NCBI GenBank assembly: GCA_964228865.1
Contig: CAXRAI010000071.1
Location: 2,418-66,417 of the forward strand
Length of the DNA stretch: 64,000 nucleotides
Source of the DNA: Salinimicrobium sp.
Lineage (GTDB): Archaea; Thermoplasmatota; Poseidoniia; Poseidoniales; Poseidoniaceae
Direction of reading: 5' to 3'
Below are positions 1 to 9,513 of this stretch, piece by piece (positions within the stretch are counted from its first letter, which is position 1; each line of letters begins with the position of its first letter). The notes beneath the pieces are model-generated. The model made no database searches, was not told the DNA's origin, and worked only from the letters and a program-made list of their open reading frames with translations. Position numbers and translations under genes: made by a program.

Positions 1-29
1 GGTCGCGAGTTCGATTCTCGCCGGTGGCT
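1..29 (+). tRNA. 3' part of a tRNA gene truncated by the window edge (isotype undetermined)
   Basis: T-arm GCGAG-TTCGATT-CTCGC lies at 5-21 with a canonical GTTCGA-type T-loop. It is followed by the 7-nt 3' acceptor strand CGGTGGC and discriminator T at 29. CCA is not encoded, and the anticodon lies outside the window. Confidence 0.6.
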
Positions 30-124
30 CCTTCCTCACGAATCCACGTCCTACGCCGGTTCGACCGTCAATCATTAAGGTGCGAATTTTGTGATTTGGC
101 AAATGGAGGGGGCAACTCTTCCAG

Positions 125-319
125 ATGGGATGCACGATGAACGAGCGCCAGCAAGGCATTGACATGAAGCAAAGAGTGAACGAACTGCAGACGCAGGTGG
201 AGGACCTCAAGGCCCTCGTCAACACCCTGCTCAGCGTGATCTGTGAGGAGCCGGACGGTCAGCACTCCGGTGCGGCTCCCGATCTCGCGGGTGGCCCGTC
301 AACGGCCTACTGCATGTGA
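125..319 (+). CDS. small hypothetical protein, coiled-coil-like (64 aa)
   Basis: The ATG is preceded by the GGAGGGGG purine tract 11-18 nt upstream. The segment RVNELQTQVEDLKALVNTLL is heptad-like. The ORF fills the only gap between the tRNA and rtcB. The competing antisense ORF 68..265 looks less protein-like. Confidence 0.35.
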   Translation: MGCTMNERQQGIDMKQRVNELQTQVEDLKALVNTLLSVICEEPDGQHSGAAPDLAGGPSTAYCM

Positions 320-322
320 GGC

Positions 323-1795
323 TCAGCCTTTCACCACGATTCGCGGTGAAAGCTTCGCCACACGGCGGGCCAAACCTGCATCTTCTGTGGCCTCGACGAC
401 ACCGTCAACGGGCTTGTAGGCTTCAGGGGCCTCTTCGGCCAAACCTCGCTCCGTTCCGTGCTTCAGGTGAACGCCCGAAGCTCGGAGGCGTTCCATCAGC
501 GCAGGCACGTCCACTTGTTCACGTGCGGCTGCTCGGGACAAGCGTCGACCTGCGCCGTGACATGACGAGCCAAAGGCCGGGTTCATCTCGGTCTCAGGCC
601 CTGCCAGCAGCCACGAGCCTGTCCCCATGTCCCCTGGGACGAGCACAGGTTGGCCGGTCTTTTTGTGCTCGGGGCAGAGGGCATCGTGACTTCCTGGGAA
701 GGCACGTGTCGCTCCCTTGCGATGAACGCTGCACATGCACCGTTTCCCATCGATGACGTGTTCCTCGTCCTTGGCGATGTTGTGGGCCACGTCGTAGACC
801 GTCGACCATTCAACGGACGAGCGGGTGTGTGCTTCCAGAGCGGTGATCAAACGTTGAGCAAGCACCGCACGGTTGGCGAAGGCATAGTTGGCCGCGGCGC
901 CCATGGCGCCAAGGTAAGCCTCTGCTTCAGGTGAATGCCTCGGTGCTGCGGCCAGTTGACGGTCGGGGATCCACCAACCGTAGCCCTCATGGCGCCACCC
1001 TCCGTCATCTGATACGAATTGCCGCTCGAGGTGACGGACGTGATCGGTGCAGACCTGATGCCCGAGTCCTCGGCTTCCCGAGTGAATCATGGCGACGAGT
1101 TGTCCTTCGTAAAGCCCCCAAGCCTCGGCCGTGTCGTGGTCGATGACGTCCTCAACGGCCTGCAGTTCAGCGAAATGATTCCCGCTTCCTAAGGTGCCAA
1201 GGCTCGTGGCACCCCGCTCGAGGGCTCGGGATGAAACGGCATCGATGTCAGCGTCCAAGCGACCTTTGGATTCGAGGCGTTGCACATCATCGACGGCCCC
1301 GAGGCCGAGGTCTCCCACCGCTGCAGCACCCTCTTCGAGGACCGACATCAAATCACGCGTCGTCAGGTCCACGCCACCTCGCCCAGAAGTCCCCGAGGGC
1401 ACGCGCCCACCAAGGCGACGCGCAAACTTGGCCGGGTCCGGCAGATCGTCGGCCATCATGTCGAAGGCGAGCATGCGCACGCCGCAGTTGATGTCGAATC
1501 CCACCGCTCCAGGGCTGACGGCGCCGCCTTGCTCACCTGCCTCATGGTCGGTGGCCAAGACACCTCCAATGGGCAATCCGTAGCCAAAGTGGTGGTCGGC
1601 CATGGCCCAAACGCGGCCCACAGCACCCGGCAAGGATGCGGCGTTCACCAGTTGTTCTGGTGCACGCTCATCGCCGTTGAGCAGACCATGGAGGTCTGAG
1701 CCGACGATGGCCGCATCCGTGACCATGCGGCCATGCTTTGCGATGCCAATCACGCTGGGCCCTAAGGCCTCCACATGATCCCGCCAATCCGGCAT
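323..1795 (-). CDS. rtcB: RNA-splicing ligase RtcB (3'-phosphate/5'-hydroxyl RNA ligase)
   Basis: The 490-aa ORF carries RtcB hallmarks visible by eye: MADHHFGYGLPIGGV, GFDINCGVRM, GSGNHFAE, SGSRGLGHQV and a C-terminal SSCHGAGR. The length is normal, so there is no intein. Confidence 0.95.
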   Translation of the reverse strand: MPDWRDHVEALGPSVIGIAKHGRMVTDAAIVGSDLHGLLNGDERAPEQLVNAASLPGAVGRVWAMADHHFGYGLPIGGVLATDHEAGEQGGAVSPGAVGFDINCGVRMLAFDMMADDLPDPAKFARRLGGRVPSGTSGRGGVDLTTRDLMSVLEEGAAAVGDLGLGAVDDVQRLESKGRLDADIDAVSSRALERGATSLGTLGSGNHFAELQAVEDVIDHDTAEAWGLYEGQLVAMIHSGSRGLGHQVCTDHVRHLERQFVSDDGGWRHEGYGWWIPDRQLAAAPRHSPEAEAYLGAMGAAANYAFANRAVLAQRLITALEAHTRSSVEWSTVYDVAHNIAKDEEHVIDGKRCMCSVHRKGATRAFPGSHDALCPEHKKTGQPVLVPGDMGTGSWLLAGPETEMNPAFGSSCHGAGRRLSRAAAREQVDVPALMERLRASGVHLKHGTERGLAEEAPEAYKPVDGVVEATEDAGLARRVAKLSPRIVVKG

Positions 1796-1882
1796 GGAAG
1801 ATGGTGCACACAGGTTGCCTTCACGCTTTTGACGGGCGAGCCTTCAAGGAGCGGTGTCATGACCCGAGGCCGGGGAGCGGCA

Positions 1883-4723
1883 ATGGACGGCCTCAGGTTT
1901 CAGACCCTCATCGACCGCGGTTACGACCGCCGTACCTGTGAGGTCAGCGGCTTGCCGTACTGGACGTGTGATCCGAACCGGACCACGAGCGGAGACACCG
2001 ATCAAGACCCGTACACCTTCATCGGAAACCCGATTCTTCCCGGTTTTGAGGAGCGCGGGCATGCCCTCAAAGAGCGCATGCGTGAAGCCTTCTTGTCGGC
2101 CTTTGAAGCCTCAGAGCATACCCGGATTGAGCCCTATCCGGTGCTGGCCCGATGGCGCGATGACATCCACTTGACCATCGCCTCAATCGCTGATTTCCAA
2201 CCCCACGTTACCAGTGGGCTGGCAGAACCACCCGCCAACCCGCTGACGATTTCACAACCGTGCATCCGCTTGACGGACGTTGACGCCGTTGGTCGTTCAG
2301 GACGTCACTTGACGACCTTTGAGATGATGGCTCACCACGTGTTCAATCGCCCGGAGGACGGCATCGAGCATTACTGGATCGAGACGTGTGTTGACTTGTG
2401 TCACCGCCTGCTGACGGACACCTTTGGCATCGACCCAAACGAAGTCACCTACGTCGAAAATCCATGGAGCGGTGGTGGCAACGCTGGGGCTGCGGTGGAA
2501 GTCATCGTGGGTGGTTTGGAATTGGCCACGCTTGTTTTCATGGACCTTGAGGAGCATCCTGAGGGTGACGTTGAACTGAAAGGACTCCGTTACCGCACCA
2601 TGCCTTTGCAAATCATCGATACTGGCTACGGATTGGAGCGCTTCTGTTGGGCTGCGGCTGGCACGCCGACCATCTACGAAGCCATCTATCCGGAATCTGT
2701 GACGTGGTTGAAATCGTTGGCTCACTTCGACAAGGTCTTGGACGATCATTCGGGCATTGACGTCGAACGTCTGCTTGGTGAATTGAGCCGGTTGAACGGC
2801 ATCATGAACATCGAAGCTGGCGTTGATGCCGATGCCTTGCAGGGCACCTTGATTCAACGCCTCTCTGAAGCGGGGGTTGAGGTCGATGTTGAGGTCTTGA
2901 CGGCGTTGACCGAGCCTTTGGCACGGATTTACGCGATTCCTGACCACCTTCACGCACTTGCTCACATGTTGGGCGACGGCCTTGTTCCCTCCAACGCGAA
3001 GGACGGTTACCTTGCCCGCATGCTTGCACGGCGGGTCCTTCGTATGGCCAATGAACTCGACCTTGGCGTTTCCCTGGCCGAACTGATGGGCCACCATCTC
3101 GATCACCACCTTCCCAACCGCAAGATGAAGCAGACGCGAGAAGGCATGCTGCATATCCTTGACCTCGAAGAATCCCGCTACAACGAGATGATGCGAAAAT
3201 CAGACCGTCTGGTACGAAAAGCGCTCGAATCAACGCCACAAGACGCGACCGCTGTGCACGATGATGTGCTCTTCGAGTTGGCCGACGTGCACGGTTTGCA
3301 GCCTGAAATCGTCGTTGGTGTCGGTCGCGACGCGGGTTGGGAGCACCTGGTGGTCCGGGCAGGTTTTGCCGCAGAAATGGCGGAGCGCCACGCTCGCTTG
3401 GCGAAAGAAGCCGCTTCCTCAAGCAAAGATTCGACTTTGGTGGCCGACCTTCCCGATCTTCCCGAAACCACGCTGTTGTTCTACGACGACGTGCATATGG
3501 TGGAGATGGAAGCCAGCGTCCTCGCGTGCAAGCCCCTCGCTCACGCTGAGGTTGAGGGGGCAACGCATGCCGTTGTATTGGACAAGACGTGTTTCTACCC
3601 AGAAGGCGGCGGTCAAGAAGGCGATCATGGCCGGTTGTCCACCGAGGCCAGTGACCGACGTGTCTTGGACACCAGGAAGCAAGGGAATCACGTGCTCCAC
3701 CTTGTCGACGGCCCGATGGAAGTCGGTGACCTGATTCACGGAAGGCTTGATGCCACGAGGCGCCAGCAACTCATGGACCACCACACGGCCGTGCACATTG
3801 TGGGTGGGGCGGCACGCCGCATCCTTGGTCCACACATTTTCCAAGCAGGCGCCAACAAGTCCGTGGACAGCGCTCGCCTCGACATCACCCACCACACGCG
3901 CTTGCAGCGTGAAGACCTCGACGCCATCGAACGCTTGGCCAACGACGTTCTTGCTCACGTTCAACGGACAGAGAAAACGGAATTGGACCGGCGAGATGCG
4001 GACAGAAAACACGGCTTTGATCTGTACCAAGGTGGAGCGCCGAAAGGGTCCTCTGTTCGCATCCTCCGCATCGCAGATCATGACATTCAGGCCTGCGGTG
4101 GAACCCATCACGACGAACCCGGGCGGATCGGCTCCATTCGCATCGTCCGTTCATCGGCCGTTCAGGACGGCGTCGAACGGCTGACCATCGTGGCGGGACA
4201 AGCAGCGCTTCGCTACGCACGCCAACAGGATGCTCTGCTTCGGGCGGCGTCCGATGCCCTGAGCGTGACGCCCGAAGATTTGCCCCGGGCTGCAGAGCGG
4301 TTCTTCACCGAATGGAAGGACCAACAAAAGCGGATCAAGCGCATGGAACAGGAGATCGCCAAGCTCCGAACGAGCGGTGGCGACGGTGGTTCCACGATGG
4401 TCGACGGTGTACGCATCATCGTGCAAGAGGTGGACGCTGACCTCAAGCAACTCACGAACATGCTTGGCGCGATGACACGTGACCCAGAACAACCCACTGT
4501 TGCAGTCTTGGGTTCCCGTGAGGGCGGTGGTAAACTGCTCGTCGCCGTCACAGAAGGCACGGTTGCGGCAGAGCGCTATGACGCCGTGACGCTTCTTCGC
4601 GCAATTTCCCCTCACATCAAAGGCGGTGGCGGTGGCAGGCCAACGTTCGCCCAAGGTGGCGGCTCATACCCTGACGGACTTCCAGAGGCGTTGGCCGAAG
4701 CCAAATCCATTCTTGGGGCTTGA
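1883..4723 (+). CDS. alaS: alanyl-tRNA synthetase, archaeal type
   Basis: The N-terminus RGYDRRTCEVSGLPYWTCDP is typical of archaeal AlaRS. Editing-domain motifs HHTAVHIVGG and CGGTHH are present, as is the C-terminal GGGGGRPTFAQGGG (DHHA1-like). The ORF-track start at 1775 would overlap the divergent rtcB start at 1795, so ATG 1883 (or 1859) is more plausible. Confidence 0.93.
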   Translation: MDGLRFQTLIDRGYDRRTCEVSGLPYWTCDPNRTTSGDTDQDPYTFIGNPILPGFEERGHALKERMREAFLSAFEASEHTRIEPYPVLARWRDDIHLTIASIADFQPHVTSGLAEPPANPLTISQPCIRLTDVDAVGRSGRHLTTFEMMAHHVFNRPEDGIEHYWIETCVDLCHRLLTDTFGIDPNEVTYVENPWSGGGNAGAAVEVIVGGLELATLVFMDLEEHPEGDVELKGLRYRTMPLQIIDTGYGLERFCWAAAGTPTIYEAIYPESVTWLKSLAHFDKVLDDHSGIDVERLLGELSRLNGIMNIEAGVDADALQGTLIQRLSEAGVEVDVEVLTALTEPLARIYAIPDHLHALAHMLGDGLVPSNAKDGYLARMLARRVLRMANELDLGVSLAELMGHHLDHHLPNRKMKQTREGMLHILDLEESRYNEMMRKSDRLVRKALESTPQDATAVHDDVLFELADVHGLQPEIVVGVGRDAGWEHLVVRAGFAAEMAERHARLAKEAASSSKDSTLVADLPDLPETTLLFYDDVHMVEMEASVLACKPLAHAEVEGATHAVVLDKTCFYPEGGGQEGDHGRLSTEASDRRVLDTRKQGNHVLHLVDGPMEVGDLIHGRLDATRRQQLMDHHTAVHIVGGAARRILGPHIFQAGANKSVDSARLDITHHTRLQREDLDAIERLANDVLAHVQRTEKTELDRRDADRKHGFDLYQGGAPKGSSVRILRIADHDIQACGGTHHDEPGRIGSIRIVRSSAVQDGVERLTIVAGQAALRYARQQDALLRAASDALSVTPEDLPRAAERFFTEWKDQQKRIKRMEQEIAKLRTSGGDGGSTMVDGVRIIVQEVDADLKQLTNMLGAMTRDPEQPTVAVLGSREGGGKLLVAVTEGTVAAERYDAVTLLRAISPHIKGGGGGRPTFAQGGGSYPDGLPEALAEAKSILGA

Positions 4724-4724
4724 A

Positions 4725-5477
4725 TCACTGGCCGAGGTGAGCCTTGAGCGCTGTCCGGTCAAAGAACGACACGGCTTGGGCGAAGGCTTCCTCTGGGGAA
4801 AACCATGCACCTTCTGCGATTTCTGAGGGTTCGACTTTGATCTCTTGACCGTCCGTCGCTGTCGAGGTGTAGGTAAACGAAAGGAAGGACAAGCCTCGCC
4901 CGTCAAAGACGCGTTGGGTCACCACAGGCGCAGTGTCATCAAGGTCGATGGAAAGGCCGAATTCTTCGAAGGCTTCTCGGATGCATCCGGCCCGCGGGTG
5001 CTCGTCGTGATCCAGATAGCCGCCAGGGAGGGTCCAATGGCCAACAAAATGACCCCGAGCCACACGCCCCATCAGCACGTGCCCTTCACGGTTGATCACG
5101 ATGGCTTTGCTGACCACCCGGTGCAGGCTACGGTACACGCTCTCTCGTGCGACAGGGTGAACCGCATTGTCGCTGATGAGGTCGTCTTTCCACGGCCATG
5201 TTTCGGGCCAAGCGATGTGTGGGTAGGCTTTGAGCACCACGACGCCCTCGGTCACGTCATCGTGGTTGACGCGGCGAGCAGGCCCGTGCTCGATGCCCAT
5301 GGCTTGCACTTCTTCGGGCGTGGGGAACCGCAACGAGGGAGAATCCACCAACCTGCCCCGTCGCGCAGGCTGTGGGCCTTGGCCGTGGGCATCGACGAGC
5401 AAGACCTTCCCGTCATGCTCGAGATGAACCACGACAGATGGGTGGTCCATGGTTGTCCTGTGAACCCTCACCGGCAT
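4725..5477 (-). CDS. Nudix hydrolase with N-terminal extension
   Basis: The Nudix box GHWTLPGGYLDHDEHPRAGCIREAFEEFG fits GX5EX7REUXEEXGU. The gene is convergent with alaS, with a 1-nt gap. Confidence 0.85.
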   Translation of the reverse strand: MPVRVHRTTMDHPSVVVHLEHDGKVLLVDAHGQGPQPARRGRLVDSPSLRFPTPEEVQAMGIEHGPARRVNHDDVTEGVVVLKAYPHIAWPETWPWKDDLISDNAVHPVARESVYRSLHRVVSKAIVINREGHVLMGRVARGHFVGHWTLPGGYLDHDEHPRAGCIREAFEEFGLSIDLDDTAPVVTQRVFDGRGLSFLSFTYTSTATDGQEIKVEPSEIAEGAWFSPEEAFAQAVSFFDRTALKAHLGQ

Positions 5478-5533
5478 GAACGATGCGGTCCAACCAGCGC
5501 CACCTTCTTGGACGGAGCCGGAGGTTGGGGGGC

Positions 5534-6244
5534 ATGGGCGTTGAACAACTCCACGGGGACCGATGGGCGAAGACCTACCTCATCGTCGATGAACATGCAG
5601 GTGTTGCCTCTTACGTGGACCCCGTGTGGGACACGGTCGATGAGGACCTCGCCTTGCTTGAGGCGCGTGGTTTGCGTTTGCTCCACGCCATTGCCACGCA
5701 CACACACGCCGATCACATCACCGCCTGCTTTGCGATGCGAGAGCGCACAGGATGCGATTACGTGATGTGGCATTCAACGGCGTCGTTGGGCGTCAACGTC
5801 CTCGTCGGTGAAAACGACACGCTGAGCGTCGGTACACACAGCGTCCATTTTCATCACGCTCCAGGTCACACCAACGATTCGATGATCATCGATGTCGCGG
5901 GACACATCATGACCGGAGATTTCCTCTTCACAGGCGACGGTGGGGTGGGACGCGACGATCTTCCCAGCGGCCGTGTGGACGAGCATTGGGAAGCCCTCTC
6001 GGTGCTTTCGCGATTTGCTGGAGATACCGTCGTCTGCACGGGCCACGACCCGCCAGGTACCACGATGCAGAGCCTTTCATGGAATCAAGCCAACAATCCC
6101 GTGCTCAACATGACTTCTTTCGATGAATTTGCGGCGTGGCAAGCCGAGACCAGCGCCCGATTGGGCGGTGTATCGAAAATCAAAACCGCCCTACCAGCGA
6201 ACATTTTCGCCGAGATTCCTGAACATGTTCCATGGTTGGAATGA
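5534..6244 (+). CDS. MBL-fold metallo-hydrolase (glyoxalase II / persulfide dioxygenase-like)
   Basis: The HxHxDH motif appears as ATHTHADHITA, followed by HHAPGHT and a downstream TGD...GH. The ORF-track start is 5483. ATG 5534 (MGVEQLHG) leaves room for the divergent Nudix start at 5477. Confidence 0.8.
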   Translation: MGVEQLHGDRWAKTYLIVDEHAGVASYVDPVWDTVDEDLALLEARGLRLLHAIATHTHADHITACFAMRERTGCDYVMWHSTASLGVNVLVGENDTLSVGTHSVHFHHAPGHTNDSMIIDVAGHIMTGDFLFTGDGGVGRDDLPSGRVDEHWEALSVLSRFAGDTVVCTGHDPPGTTMQSLSWNQANNPVLNMTSFDEFAAWQAETSARLGGVSKIKTALPANIFAEIPEHVPWLE

Positions 6245-6250
6245 GCGCTG

Positions 6251-6502
6251 ATGGCGAAGGGCTTTCAATCACCGCGCGGGCCGGAACACATGGCCTTTGA
6301 GTTCAAGCGACCGACAGCCGTGGTGCTGCTGGCCTTGTTCGTACTGATGACGATGAGCCCGCTGGCTGCCGGCAGCCAAACCATGGGTGATGCTGATCGC
6401 ATGGACGCCTCGCTTGAGGATGCCCTCTGGTCCGCTGAACTCGATTAACACCTCCCAGTCATCATTCAGTGCGAAGCACCAGTCTCTGAGGCCGACCGTG
6501 CC
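6251..6502 (+). pseudogene. in-frame upstream segment of the subtilase gene, carrying the signal peptide and the first strand of the I9 propeptide, cut off by a TAA at 6446-6448
   Basis: ORF 6251..6448 encodes a signal peptide (KRPTAVVLLALFVLMTMSPLAAGS). It is in the same reading frame as 6503..8824. The codons between the TAA and ATG 6503 read HLPVIIQCEAPVSEADRA, which continues into the I9-inhibitor-like propeptide. Confidence 0.6.
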
Positions 6503-8824
6503 ATGCTCTCGCGTTTCGGAGCCACGGTCGAAGGCGAAGCGCCGCTTCTGAACGCGTTGTTGATCAAGGCCAACCCGCATGCCATACGGCAACTCAGCAT
6601 CCATGAACACGTGCACTACATGGAGCTTGACCGGCTCCTGGAGTACTTCTACCTCCCAACCGCACCAGGAGGTGCGCCGACCGGGGACGTTGGTGCGCTG
6701 ATGCATGAAACCGTCCACGTGGTGGACGCCACGGACGCTTGGCACCGTGTGATCGTGCAACCTGACGGGTCGATCTCCTATGACCTCGACCTCGGGTTCA
6801 CGGAATGGGACGGCGACGGTACGGCCATCGTCGATCTCGACACGGGTGTGGACGCCGGTCACCCCGACTACGATTACCTCGAACCATGGACCGGCGAGAA
6901 GACGCTGTATTCTGCGAAATGGACACCGGGCGATGGCTGGGTCGAAACCAGGAATTCCGACACTTCTTCGGGTCACGGCACCCACGTTGGTGGAACGATC
7001 GCCGGCAACGGTGACGCCTCCGCAGGCCGTCGAGCGGGGGTTGCCAAGGGTGGACAACTCATCGCCCTTGGTGCCGGAGACGGTGCCTCGATTTTTGCCG
7101 GTGTGCAAGGCCTCGAATGGACCTACGAGCACTCTCGGCCAGGAGCGAACGAATACCACATCCGTGTGGTGTCCAATTCATGGGGCTCTGACGGTGACTA
7201 CGACCCCGAAGGTGCGATCGCCACATTGACCGACAAACTCACCTTCGAGCATGGCGTTGCGGTCATTTTTGCTGCGTCGAACTCAGGTGGGTCTGGTGCC
7301 GAGTGCTCGGGTGATTTGCGCACCAACGTCTACGCCAACACGCCTTCCGCGATTTCTGTGGCGGCCTTGACCCACGACGGCTCCGCCGTGACTTCCTTCT
7401 CCTCGCGAGGCTGCATGGACCAACAACACACCTGGCCCGACGTGGGTGCGCCTGGCCGAGACATCTGGGCGACCGCACCACGCGGGACGGCCATCGATGC
7501 CTCCACCCGAACGCAGGGTGACCTGTACTACATGGCTATCTCTGGCACATCCATGGCCACACCGCACGTGGGTGGCATTGCGGGTTTGCTTATCGACGTG
7601 GCTCCGTCGCTCGGTGTTGCGGACTACCACCGTGACGATCACGACGAGGGTTCAAGCCTCGTCAACGGTGATGGTGCTGCAGCCTACAGGCAGTTCGAAG
7701 ATTGGGACACGGCCAACTATTCACGGGTCCACGAAGTGGAGTTGATCCTCGAATTGACCTCGCGTTACGAGGGGATGGCCAACAGCTGTGAGGACGGCAA
7801 CGACGAAGACAACTGCAACGACATTCCTGAGGCCTGCTACCGCTCAGCGACCGGGCAGTGCCACGATTGGCGCCTCGGTCATGGTTTGGTGGACGTCGAC
7901 GCGGCCATGGGATTGGCGCGAACGCTGCAGCAATTGCGCGACCCGAACCTTGACGGCTTTGTTGATTTCCCGGATTTCACCGTCTGGGACGCGGCTGAGA
8001 TCAGCGATGTTATGCTGACTGAACGAACGATTCCTGTGAATACGGACCGTGTCAGGCACCAGTGGAAAGGCGATTGGAACCACTTCAACAACGGGCCTGG
8101 CGGCGTGTTCGGCGTGTACACCACCAACGACGCGCACCACATGTTCATCCCGAACGGAACGACCACCTTGGAGGCCTACTTCACGCCGACCGAATACGAA
8201 CTTGACACCGGGCAGGTCGGGGCGCTCCAACTGCGCATTGACATGGGTGAAGACGGCACCAACGACGAGGGCGTTGGGACCCGTGAAAGCGACACTTGGA
8301 TCTACACCCTCGAGGTGGACCCGGCCGATTGGGGCACGTGGACGGAGTTCGACGTGGAAGGGCAAGCCATCACCGTGTGGGGGGCGGTTCAGGATTCGGA
8401 GTTCTTTGAGTCCAGCGTGGCGTACACGGTCGATGTCGTGTTGACGCTCGACCTCAGTGAGCCCCGTGACATTGCGTTTGACCAACGGCCCGGGAGTTAC
8501 TCGGACCTTGATCCGACCTCACCGTCTCCGACCTACACCTCGGACATGGACGGACGGTTGACGTTCACGCGCGGCGTGTTTGACCAAGCCGCCGTGGCCG
8601 CTCTGGCCAACGGACTCATCGAGGATGCGACCAGCGAGGAGGACCTGGGCTTCTTTGGTGCCCTGGCCGATCTCATCATCACCTACACCGGTTCGAGTTT
8701 CGTGGCCCTGATGCTGGTCATTTTGCTGGCCCTTGGTGTCAGCACGCTGGTCAGGAACGCCCGTATCGATACGCCAATCCTGCTCAAGAGCGACGACCCT
8801 CTGGACGCGGAACTCGAGGACTGA
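6503..8824 (+). CDS. subtilisin-like serine protease (peptidase S8) with I9 propeptide and C-terminal TM anchor
   Basis: The catalytic triad contexts are VDLDTGVDAGHPD (Asp), GHGTHVGGTIAG (His) and SGTSMATPHVGG (Ser). The C-terminal hydrophobic helix is FVALMLVILLALGVSTLV. The true start probably lies upstream (see the 6251..6502 feature). Confidence 0.9.
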   Translation: MLSRFGATVEGEAPLLNALLIKANPHAIRQLSIHEHVHYMELDRLLEYFYLPTAPGGAPTGDVGALMHETVHVVDATDAWHRVIVQPDGSISYDLDLGFTEWDGDGTAIVDLDTGVDAGHPDYDYLEPWTGEKTLYSAKWTPGDGWVETRNSDTSSGHGTHVGGTIAGNGDASAGRRAGVAKGGQLIALGAGDGASIFAGVQGLEWTYEHSRPGANEYHIRVVSNSWGSDGDYDPEGAIATLTDKLTFEHGVAVIFAASNSGGSGAECSGDLRTNVYANTPSAISVAALTHDGSAVTSFSSRGCMDQQHTWPDVGAPGRDIWATAPRGTAIDASTRTQGDLYYMAISGTSMATPHVGGIAGLLIDVAPSLGVADYHRDDHDEGSSLVNGDGAAAYRQFEDWDTANYSRVHEVELILELTSRYEGMANSCEDGNDEDNCNDIPEACYRSATGQCHDWRLGHGLVDVDAAMGLARTLQQLRDPNLDGFVDFPDFTVWDAAEISDVMLTERTIPVNTDRVRHQWKGDWNHFNNGPGGVFGVYTTNDAHHMFIPNGTTTLEAYFTPTEYELDTGQVGALQLRIDMGEDGTNDEGVGTRESDTWIYTLEVDPADWGTWTEFDVEGQAITVWGAVQDSEFFESSVAYTVDVVLTLDLSEPRDIAFDQRPGSYSDLDPTSPSPTYTSDMDGRLTFTRGVFDQAAVAALANGLIEDATSEEDLGFFGALADLIITYTGSSFVALMLVILLALGVSTLVRNARIDTPILLKSDDPLDAELED

Positions 8825-8901
8825 AGGGCAGTGATGTGCCACGAAGTCGCTTGCGAGGTTTGGATCGATTTAGCATCCCAGTGGATTGATTGGTGGCGGG
8901 T

Positions 8902-9513
8902 TCACTCGCCTCGGGCAAACGCAATCATTCTGTCGATTGGTATGTGGTCCACCGTATCTTTGCAGTAATGGGCCTCCACCACGCGCCCCTCTTCGTCGAT
9001 CAGCACATCGACCGGAATCGTCGCCATCCGGGACGGCGACAGTGTTCGAGGGAAATATCCCCTGAGCGTCGCGGCCATGAACGTCAAAGGAGAGCGCATG
9101 GCGCCCCACATGAACCGGCCGAATGATTTGACCACACCATGCCGGTCAAAGTGTTCGTAGGTTTCGTCAGCCACAAGGAAAAACGGGACCTTCCGTCCAC
9201 CCATACGCTTCCTCAGCTCGTCGATGTTGGCGTCGAACACACCGACCATCACCGCGTCATCTGGAAACTCATTCCATCGCTTTATGAGCCGATCAATGCG
9301 GATGTTGCAAAAAGGACAGGATGCGAACCTGAAAAACGTGAAAATGACCCTTCGGCCGCGGAAATCTTCCAATGAGATGTTTCGTCCATCCAATGACGGG
9401 AGCGAGAAGGAAGGAGCAACGTCCCCTGGCTTGAGTCGGTTTGACATGTACAAATAAGGTGAGAGACCCCTCTTGATGTCGCCGTTAGGAACATCGTGCG
9501 GTTCTTTTCTCAA
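8902..9513 (-). CDS. thioredoxin-fold peroxiredoxin-like protein (AhpC/TSA/redoxin family)
   Basis: GDVAPSFSLPSLDGRNISLEDFRGRRVIFTFFRFASCPFCN has the redoxin layout with a CPFC active site. A 4-nt overlap with the upstream membrane-protein gene suggests an operon. Confidence 0.75.
   Translation of the reverse strand: MRKEPHDVPNGDIKRGLSPYLYMSNRLKPGDVAPSFSLPSLDGRNISLEDFRGRRVIFTFFRFASCPFCNIRIDRLIKRWNEFPDDAVMVGVFDANIDELRKRMGGRKVPFFLVADETYEHFDRHGVVKSFGRFMWGAMRSPLTFMAATLRGYFPRTLSPSRMATIPVDVLIDEEGRVVEAHYCKDTVDHIPIDRMIAFARGE

Noticed and set aside
1-2000. tRNA-adjacent integrated element (the tRNA 3' end sits at the window start)
   Set aside because: The genes next to the tRNA are core housekeeping genes (rtcB, alaS). 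No integrase was seen, and I spotted no direct repeat of the tRNA 3' segment elsewhere in the window. That check was by eye and not exhaustive.
2297-3563. Long antisense ORFs inside alaS (2297..3154 and 2802..3563, 285 and 253 aa)
   Set aside because: They lie entirely within a strongly supported AlaRS gene. They are Arg/Pro/Gly-rich and have no motif. These are typical shadow ORFs of GC-rich DNA.
8902-9513. The peroxiredoxin-like gene looks less GC-rich than its surroundings (possible recent transfer)
   Set aside because: This is only an impression from reading the sequence, and I could not compute composition. The gene is operonically overlapped with its neighbour.
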